Origin: an uncultured Gammaproteobacteria bacterium
GTDB lineage: Bacteria; Patescibacteriota; Microgenomatia; UBA8517
Length of the DNA: 64,000 nt
Reading direction: 5' to 3'
Assembly (NCBI GenBank): GCA_964431555.1
Contig: CAYSJW010000033.1
Coordinates: 9,389-73,388, forward strand
The position numbers and the translations under genes were made by a program. This document shows positions 58,697 to 64,000 of this stretch, piece by piece. How positions within the stretch are numbered: the stretch's first letter is position 1; each line of letters begins with the position of its first letter. The notes below the pieces were generated by a model. That model did not search any database, was not told where the DNA came from, and saw only the letters and a program-made list of their open reading frames with translations.

Positions 58697-58781
58697 ACGT
58701 TCTGAGGCAAACCAAGTATAACTTGGGTGAGCGCGTCAGAATTTTTCATGACAGGTACTTTAGGGTACCTGTCTTTTTTTT
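58697..58781 (+). ncRNA. Candidate small structured RNA or attenuator leader (~85 nt), family unknown
   Basis: GC-rich island after the promoter; TTCTGA/TCAGAA outer stem, CCAAGT/ACTTGG inner stem, then terminator. Confidence 0.6.
58750..58781 (+). terminator. Intrinsic terminator
   Basis: GACAGGTAC/GTACCTGTC 9-bp stem plus a U-G pair, followed by T8. Confidence 0.9.
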
Positions 58782-58793
58782 GTAAGATAAATT

Positions 58794-59027
58794 ATGATAA
58801 TAAAATTATTTTCAATAATAATACTTACTTTAATTAAACTTAACTTTCCTGATTTGGCTCCTGCCAACAGTTTTTATGTATCTTCTTTAGCAAAATTAAA
58901 TTTATACCTACAAGATAATGATAGTAATGATGAAATTACAAAAATTTATACATCCCTAAGCAAAAATTGGGCAAATGATGTAAAATATCTTATTAATAAG
59001 ATAGATAGATCAGAAATATTAATATAA
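58794..59027 (+). CDS. Small hypothetical protein, possible signal peptide
   Basis: 77-aa ATG ORF with hydrophobic N-terminus. Confidence 0.4.
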   Translation: MIIKLFSIIILTLIKLNFPDLAPANSFYVSSLAKLNLYLQDNDSNDEITKIYTSLSKNWANDVKYLINKIDRSEILI

Positions 59028-59037
59028 TATTGATAGA

Positions 59038-59123
59038 GCCGAGGTGGCGGAATTGGCAGACGCGCAGGATTTAGGATCCTGTGAGGGTTAATCCTTATGG
59101 AGGTTCGAGTCCTCTCCTCGGCA
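59038..59123 (+). tRNA. tRNA-Leu(TAG)
   Basis: CAGGA-tt TAG ga-TCCTG, long variable arm. Confidence 0.95.
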
Positions 59124-59149
59124 CAAATAAATTTTATAATATAAATAAT

Positions 59150-59284
59150 ATGAATATCTTACACATTCATTTTGACAAAAGAACTAAAAAATACGAAACA
59201 TTTTTGCTTTTAATACCTCCAACAATATACACAATAATAATTTTATTTTATTTACTTGCATCTTTTCTAAACCCTAGCCCTTGA
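59150..59284 (+). CDS. Possible 44-aa single-TM small protein
   Basis: ATG after the tRNA: MNILHIHFDKRTKKYETFLLLIPPTIYTIIILFYLLASFLNPSP. Confidence 0.4.
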   Translation: MNILHIHFDKRTKKYETFLLLIPPTIYTIIILFYLLASFLNPSP

Positions 59285-59314
59285 CAAAAAAATACAATAT
59301 GTTGTTAAATAATA

Positions 59315-60007
59315 ATGATGAAGCGTATTCTTTTTATTTCTTTTTTAATTTTAATCTCACTCACTTTCTCACCAAATGCCTCGTACGCATTAATATCGAC
59401 ATCAGAGGAAAATACATATAGAAACCAATTAAAAGAAAGAGTAAATGAAAATCTTACTCAAAGCGAAAATATCAGAGCTGAAATTCAAGAAAGAATTCAA
59501 GAAAGAATAAAAGAAAAAAGAGCCACCCAAGAGTCGAAACTTACACAATTAAGAAAAGAAAAGATAAGAAAATATTGGAATCTTATGGAAAAAAGAATAT
59601 CAGCCACAATAGAAAGATTGAATAAGCTTATTACAAGAATCGAATCAAGAATTGTAAAAATTAAAGAAGAAAACACTGATATTGATACTTCAAAAGTTGA
59701 ACCTGAGATAGATAAAGCAAAAGATTTGCTTTCTGACACTCAAAAATTACTCAATGAAACCAGTGAAAATATTGATGTCATATTAGAATCAGAAAATCCT
59801 AAAATTGCTTTTGAAATCCTAAGAGAAAAAGTTCAAGAAATTAAAAAGAATCTGATTAAAGTTCATAACATATTAGTACACATAATAGGTGATATTAAAG
59901 GTTTAAGAGTTGGTACTTATAAACTCTCACCAACTCAAAAGACATTACCAACATCTACACCGACAACAATGCCAACATCAACAGTGACACCGACTGAAGG
60001 AGTTTAA
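59315..60007 (+). CDS. Exported coiled-coil protein with Thr/Pro tail
   Basis: Signal peptide, heptad-rich core, PTSTPTT C-terminus. Confidence 0.75.
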   Translation: MMKRILFISFLILISLTFSPNASYALISTSEENTYRNQLKERVNENLTQSENIRAEIQERIQERIKEKRATQESKLTQLRKEKIRKYWNLMEKRISATIERLNKLITRIESRIVKIKEENTDIDTSKVEPEIDKAKDLLSDTQKLLNETSENIDVILESENPKIAFEILREKVQEIKKNLIKVHNILVHIIGDIKGLRVGTYKLSPTQKTLPTSTPTTMPTSTVTPTEGV

Positions 60008-60010
60008 TTT

Positions 60011-60268
60011 ATGCAATTAGTATCACGAAAGAATTTTATAATACTTTTAGCTGCAATTTTAATCGTAGGCTTGGGTTTTTTCGCTATAAACACTTCTAAA
60101 AAAGGGGTAAAACTTCCGTCGGAAAGCGATAAAGAAATTAAACAAATCCAAACTCAATCTAAATCAGATAATTTAGAAGATATTGAAAAAGACTTACAAA
60201 ATACTGATTTAAACAATATTGATAAAGAACTTTCTGACATTGAAAAAGAAATAAACACAAGTTACTAA
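60011..60268 (+). CDS. Small single-TM protein with acidic coiled tail
   Basis: TM, then SDNLEDIEKDLQNTDLNNIDKEL. Confidence 0.65.
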   Translation: MQLVSRKNFIILLAAILIVGLGFFAINTSKKGVKLPSESDKEIKQIQTQSKSDNLEDIEKDLQNTDLNNIDKELSDIEKEINTSY

Positions 60269-60291
60269 TTATTAAAATCTCTTCTCTTCTA

Positions 60292-60789
60292 ATGAAGCGT
60301 ATTATTTTATTTCTATCTCTTATAATGTGTGTGCTTTTCTCCATTCATTTAATCAATAAAACTAGGTCTTTAACCAACCACCAAACTAACAAAAAAAATA
60401 CTTCTACCTTGAAACAAGAAGCAAAAATAAAAATAGGTTCTAAAGAAATCAATGTAGAAATTGCAGACAGCCTTTACGAAAAAGAAAAAGGTCTTTCAGG
60501 AAAGGATTTTATTTTAGACAACGAGGGAATGATCTTTGTTTTTCCCCAAAAAACATACCCCTTTTTTTGGATGAAAGGTATGAAGTTTCCCTTAGACATA
60601 ATCTGGATATCAAATAATAAAATAGTTCAAATCGACGAAAATATACCCTCTCCAAATAAAATACAAAAAGAGAGCGATTTACCACTTTATAGACCATCTG
60701 AAGCGGTAGATTACGTTTTAGAGGTAAACGCCGGTTTTTCAAAAAAATACTCAATTAAAAAGGGCGATACAGTAGAAATTAAATTCTAA
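60292..60789 (+). CDS. DUF192 family protein
   Basis: VEIAD..GLSG..GMIFVF..FWMKGMKFPLDIIWI..YVLEVNAG. Confidence 0.9.
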   Translation: MKRIILFLSLIMCVLFSIHLINKTRSLTNHQTNKKNTSTLKQEAKIKIGSKEINVEIADSLYEKEKGLSGKDFILDNEGMIFVFPQKTYPFFWMKGMKFPLDIIWISNNKIVQIDENIPSPNKIQKESDLPLYRPSEAVDYVLEVNAGFSKKYSIKKGDTVEIKF

Positions 60790-60835
60790 AAATAGATAAT
60801 TTAAAGAGGAAAAATTAACAAAAATAATTTTCAAA

Positions 60836-62143
60836 TTAAAGCAAAGAGTAATTAGATCTTTCAAGCACAGAGGAAGAAAAAACAAAATCTTCCAACTCTT
60901 TAACCCCTCCAAAAGCAATCCTGTCTGGAACTTCATTATTTTTCAAAAAAAGCATTCGGGCTGGTTTTAGGACAAAACTTCCCCAGCGATTATTAATCTT
61001 ATCAATTGCCTCAAAAAGCTTTTCTTTTTTTAGACAATCCTGAAAAAGTTCCAACTGTAAATTACTTTTTTTCTTCAAACCAAAAACCGAAACTGAAAGA
61101 TCACGCACTGGCTTACTATAAGGAGACATAGCCAAAATTCGCAAAGCATTCTTATAAATTTCTCTAGAATCAAAAAAGCTTCTCAGAAAACTAACTCCCT
61201 TATGCCAAAAGGTTCCATCTTTATATCCTATGGCTACATGTATTCCTTTTGCCGAATAACCAGCCTTTCTTAATCTAAAAGCCGATTTTTCAGTAAGTTT
61301 GCAAAGAATAGGGGAGAGTTCTTGAAGTGAAACCAAAGGCTTAGGAAGAGCGTAGGAATTCCCAAAACTTTTTCTGCCAAACTCAATATTATCTATCTCA
61401 TATCCGCGAAGGCGCAGATACCAAAAATATCCGTTGATCGATTCAAACGCTGCTTTCAACTTCCACAAAGGTGAATGATAAAAATCCAAAACACTGAAAA
61501 TGCCCACAGAATTCAAACGCAGAGAATTCTGAAACTTTATATAAGGAAGGTCTGTAAGGCTAAGTTTTGAGTAAATACCACAAAAATTATCTTTATTTAT
61601 CTCCTCAAGGCCATCGGGTTTGTGCAAATTTGAAGCCAACTTGGCAAGAAATCTATTCGGGGCAACACCTATTGAAACAGTCAACCAATCTCCAATCTCC
61701 CTTTTAATCCTTAACTTTATTTCTTTCCCTAACTTAAACATCTTATTTTCAATCCCCGATACCTTGCTTTTAAAACTCCAATAGTCTTCCAAGTCTAAAA
61801 CAAATTCGTCTATGGATTTTGGTACTAATTTGGGAGTATACTCCGACAAAAGCCTGCGGAGTTTGAGGTGAACATTTCTATATTTCCAAGGATCCGGAGG
61901 CAAAACTACCAAGTTAGGGTAGATTGCTTTTCCTTCTTCAACTCTCATTCCCACCTTAATTCCAAGTCTTTTAGCTTCAACAGAAGGAGCTATAATACAT
62001 CCCCTTGGAGTGGTGTAAGCAGCCACTGCAATTGGTTTTCCCCTCAAATACGGATTTGCCTGCTGCTCAATCGAAGCAAAGCAGGAGTTTAAATCAATGT
62101 GCATTACACTTGGTTTTTTAGAATTAAAGGGAAGAAATCTCAT
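60836..62143 (-). CDS. Y-family DNA polymerase (DinB/PolY-type) with C-terminal extension
   Basis: HIDLNSCFASIE, SIDEF, LAKLAS..KPDG, QLELF clamp motif, AIDKINNRWG tail; start ATG 62143. Confidence 0.93.
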   Translation of the reverse strand: MRFLPFNSKKPSVMHIDLNSCFASIEQQANPYLRGKPIAVAAYTTPRGCIIAPSVEAKRLGIKVGMRVEEGKAIYPNLVVLPPDPWKYRNVHLKLRRLLSEYTPKLVPKSIDEFVLDLEDYWSFKSKVSGIENKMFKLGKEIKLRIKREIGDWLTVSIGVAPNRFLAKLASNLHKPDGLEEINKDNFCGIYSKLSLTDLPYIKFQNSLRLNSVGIFSVLDFYHSPLWKLKAAFESINGYFWYLRLRGYEIDNIEFGRKSFGNSYALPKPLVSLQELSPILCKLTEKSAFRLRKAGYSAKGIHVAIGYKDGTFWHKGVSFLRSFFDSREIYKNALRILAMSPYSKPVRDLSVSVFGLKKKSNLQLELFQDCLKKEKLFEAIDKINNRWGSFVLKPARMLFLKNNEVPDRIAFGGVKELEDFVFSSSVLERSNYSLL

Positions 62144-62168
62144 AGTTAATAGATAATTTAAAAAAACT

Positions 62169-62442
62169 CTAAATACCAAATACTAATACCTAAATACCCA
62201 CTTCCGGCTTCTAGATTTTACTCTCTAATTTCTAAATCACTTACAACTCACAACTAATTTCTCATTTTCTACCACTCACTTCTTACCTCCCATCGCCCAC
62301 ATCTCACTTCTAACTTCCCACTTCTCACTTCTTACATCTTACTTCTTACGTCCTACATCCTACTTCCAATCTCCAACAACCAACAACTCACAACCCACCA
62401 CTCATTTCTCACTACTCGCTACTTACAATCATCAACTTATTT
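62169..62442. repeat. Degenerate 7-nt tandem repeat array (consensus about CYNACWW on +)
   Basis: 29 in-phase heptamers at 62240-62442, e.g. ctcactt ctaactt cccactt ctcactt cttacat; looser units back to 62169. Confidence 0.85.
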
Positions 62443-62465
62443 ATACTCTAAATGTTTTATCCACT

Positions 62466-62485
62466 TCGATGATTCGAATCATCGA
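62466..62485. repeat. Perfect 20-bp palindrome TCGATGATTC-GAATCATCGA
   Basis: Exact reverse-complement symmetry. Confidence 0.85.
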
Positions 62486-62713
62486 TACAGTTTAAAATTT
62501 GTCAACTATTAAGAATAATTTGATAACTGGTAATTGGTAATAATTACAAAATAATAACTATAAAATTATCTACTCTTTTTAATAAAATATTCCTACATCA
62601 TTTATTAAAATCATTCATTAACCATTAACCAAATTTAATACATAAAGGCTAATTCATAATTTCAATCTCTTATCGTATTCCAATCTTACTTCACCCAGTA
62701 CCCAAAATCATCC

Positions 62714-62777
62714 CTTACAACTAACAACTAATAACTTACAACTCACAACCCACCCGCTCATCACTCACTACTCACTC
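62714..62777. repeat. Second, shorter heptamer array of the same family
   Basis: cttacaa ctaacaa ctaataa cttacaa ctcacaa cccaccc g ctcatca ctcacta ctcactc. Confidence 0.8.
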
Positions 62778-63023
62778 CCCACTAATTTCCTCCAACCTCC
62801 AGTGCAAATTATCTGTATTCAAAACCAAACGTAAAAATAAAGTTTTACTAACAACCGAAAACACATGAAAGAGAGTAAGACCCTCTCGATAGGTGTGATG
62901 AAATCCAACCTTAACTACCGGGTAAAGGCGATTATTCCAAACAACCCATTTGGGAAAAACCCGGCACGTTTTTTGATCAAAAACCAAAACCACTGAAACC
63001 GGTTCATTAACCTTTGTATTCAT
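62772..63023 (-). CDS. Small beta-rich protein upstream of the Y-family polymerase (ImuB-C/DUF6504-like, inferred)
   Basis: EPVSV..PKWVVWNNRLYPV..WRLEEI pattern; position in the cassette. Confidence 0.7.
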   Translation of the reverse strand: MNTKVNEPVSVVLVFDQKTCRVFPKWVVWNNRLYPVVKVGFHHTYREGLTLFHVFSVVSKTLFLRLVLNTDNLHWRLEEISGE

Positions 63024-63043
63024 ATCAGATAAAATTAAAAATC

Positions 63044-63104
63044 CGAATATAATACGAAATATAATTTATTTATAAAACCGAATAAAATACAAATCAAGAG
63101 GCAA
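63044..63104 (-). promoter_or_regulatory. Polymerase-cassette promoter with two candidate LexA direct-repeat boxes
   Basis: TTCG-N7-TTCG (63058-63044) and TTTG-N7-TTCG (63093-63079); TTGCCTCTTGA identical to the lexA promoter. Confidence 0.7.
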
Positions 63105-63105
63105 T

Positions 63106-63648
63106 TTAAAGTAGATTCTTAAGTTCAAACCTTTTTAAAACAATATATTTAGCTCCAAAGGGGGAAAGCAAAGATTCAAAAAGACAAAATGTATCAACCT
63201 TGATTTTCCAAAAAACCCTATCCTCAATCCTTTTTATAACAAATGACCTAAAATCGCTACCCTTAAAACGCGCTAAGGTAAGATGAACCTTAAAATCCCT
63301 ATTTTCTGGTTTTATACTAATACTTTCTTCAATACTTTTCTTAAGCTTGGTAATTGTTTCGCTAGTTTCACCCTTAGCCCAAATAAGTCTTGGTCTTTTA
63401 TAATCTGGACCATAGCATACTTCATTAAATAAAATTTCAAATGGATTAATTAAAGCTCGGATTTGATCAATCCCTGCAATCACTTTTTCTAAATCTTCCT
63501 CATACCAGGGAGGTACCAAGGTTATATGAAGATTTTCTTTTTCTATCCAACGAACATTCAATTTATTCTGATACTTATTTTTCCATTCCTCAATTTCATT
63601 TATTAAATTAGATTCCGCCTTGATACCTATAAAAACTCTCTTTTTCAT
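63106..63648 (-). CDS. thpR: RNA 2',3'-cyclic phosphodiesterase (2H family)
   Basis: RVFIGI, HITL and HLTL motifs, PRLIW. Confidence 0.9.
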   Translation of the reverse strand: MKKRVFIGIKAESNLINEIEEWKNKYQNKLNVRWIEKENLHITLVPPWYEEDLEKVIAGIDQIRALINPFEILFNEVCYGPDYKRPRLIWAKGETSETITKLKKSIEESISIKPENRDFKVHLTLARFKGSDFRSFVIKRIEDRVFWKIKVDTFCLFESLLSPFGAKYIVLKRFELKNLL

Positions 63649-63691
63649 AATTTTAATAAGTATTTATAATTATTAAATTGTAAAATATCTT

Positions 63692-64000
63692 ATGTTTAGA
63701 AAAATTCTCTTTTTAATTATTATAACTTTTGCCTTTATAGTTGGATATTTCTCCAGAGGAAAAATTGAAAATCTAAAAAATCAAGTATCTCAAGATAAGC
63801 AAAATAACCCCATATCCGATAGATCACTAGATAAATACACAATTGAAAATCTTAAGAAAGCCAACTTTACAGTTTCAGATTTTAAAATAACAAAAATTCT
63901 TAAAGAAGGTGAAAGTTTTAATTCTTATCTTTTCTCTTTTAGATTTAACCCAAATCTAGACGGTAAAACCTTTAAAAATGTTTCAGGACAGATAAATTTA
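63692..64000 (+). CDS. Partial membrane-anchored protein running off the window (possibly alpha/beta hydrolase or S9 peptidase)
   Basis: Open frame MFRKILFLIIITFAFIVGYFSRG...LDKYTIENL...VSGQINL to the window end; catalytic motifs not in view. Confidence 0.55.
   Translation, partial: MFRKILFLIIITFAFIVGYFSRGKIENLKNQVSQDKQNNPISDRSLDKYTIENLKKANFTVSDFKITKILKEGESFNSYLFSFRFNPNLDGKTFKNVSGQINL

Noticed and set aside
58706-58735. c-di-GMP-I riboswitch or SRP RNA assignment
   Set aside because: Only GGCAAACC matches; no GNRA tetraloop, GACGCAAAG or second hairpin, and no SRP helix-8 motif
59081-59149. 5' part of the 67-aa ORF
   Set aside because: Starts inside tRNA-Leu(TAG); only the part from ATG 59150 is plausible
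252-62092. Numerous short antisense or alternate-frame ORFs inside htpX, gatB, MFS, dnaE, PMM, ppsA, uvrA, pyrG, mgtA and the polymerase
   Set aside because: Shadow ORFs of well-supported genes with no motifs of their own
62240-62442. Repeat array as a CRISPR array or coding repeat
   Set aside because: 7-nt period, no repeat-spacer structure, no cas genes and no substantial ORF
1-64000. Alternative genetic code (UGA as Gly or Trp)
   Set aside because: Conserved genes are full-length in code 11, and TGA terminates ORFs at expected ends (gatC, MFS, DRG, mgtA)

Overview
Very AT-rich bacterial chromosomal window using standard code 11. Gene content, compactness and scarcity of Shine-Dalgarno sites suggest Patescibacteria/CPR, probably Microgenomates (inference). 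The left part (1-36.7 kb, almost all + strand) is housekeeping: htpX, gatCAB, dnaE, rplS, sod, ruvC, a sugar/gluconeogenesis run (PMM, PGI/PMI, ppsA, eno), lexA divergent from uvrB-uvrA-uvrC, and secG. The right part has mixed orientation: 13 dispersed tRNA genes, pyrG, mgtA, an archaeal/eukaryotic-type DRG GTPase, an AbiEii-type pair, an AmrB-AmrA fusion, GT-C glycosyltransferases, and a small-protein plus Y-family polymerase cassette. Most notable non-coding signals: (1) 12 of 13 tRNA genes end in discriminator+CA instead of CCA; (2) an ~85-nt structured RNA with its own consensus promoter and strong terminator at 58.7 kb; (3) TTYG-N7-TTYG direct repeats plus an identical 11-mer shared by the lexA and polymerase-cassette promoters; (4) a phased degenerate 7-nt tandem array and a perfect 20-bp palindrome splitting that cassette; (5) many leaderless-type starts; (6) an apparent GC-skew inversion suggesting the replication terminus. 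No CRISPR array, rRNA, integrase or transposase was seen. All calls are by eye, with no database searches.
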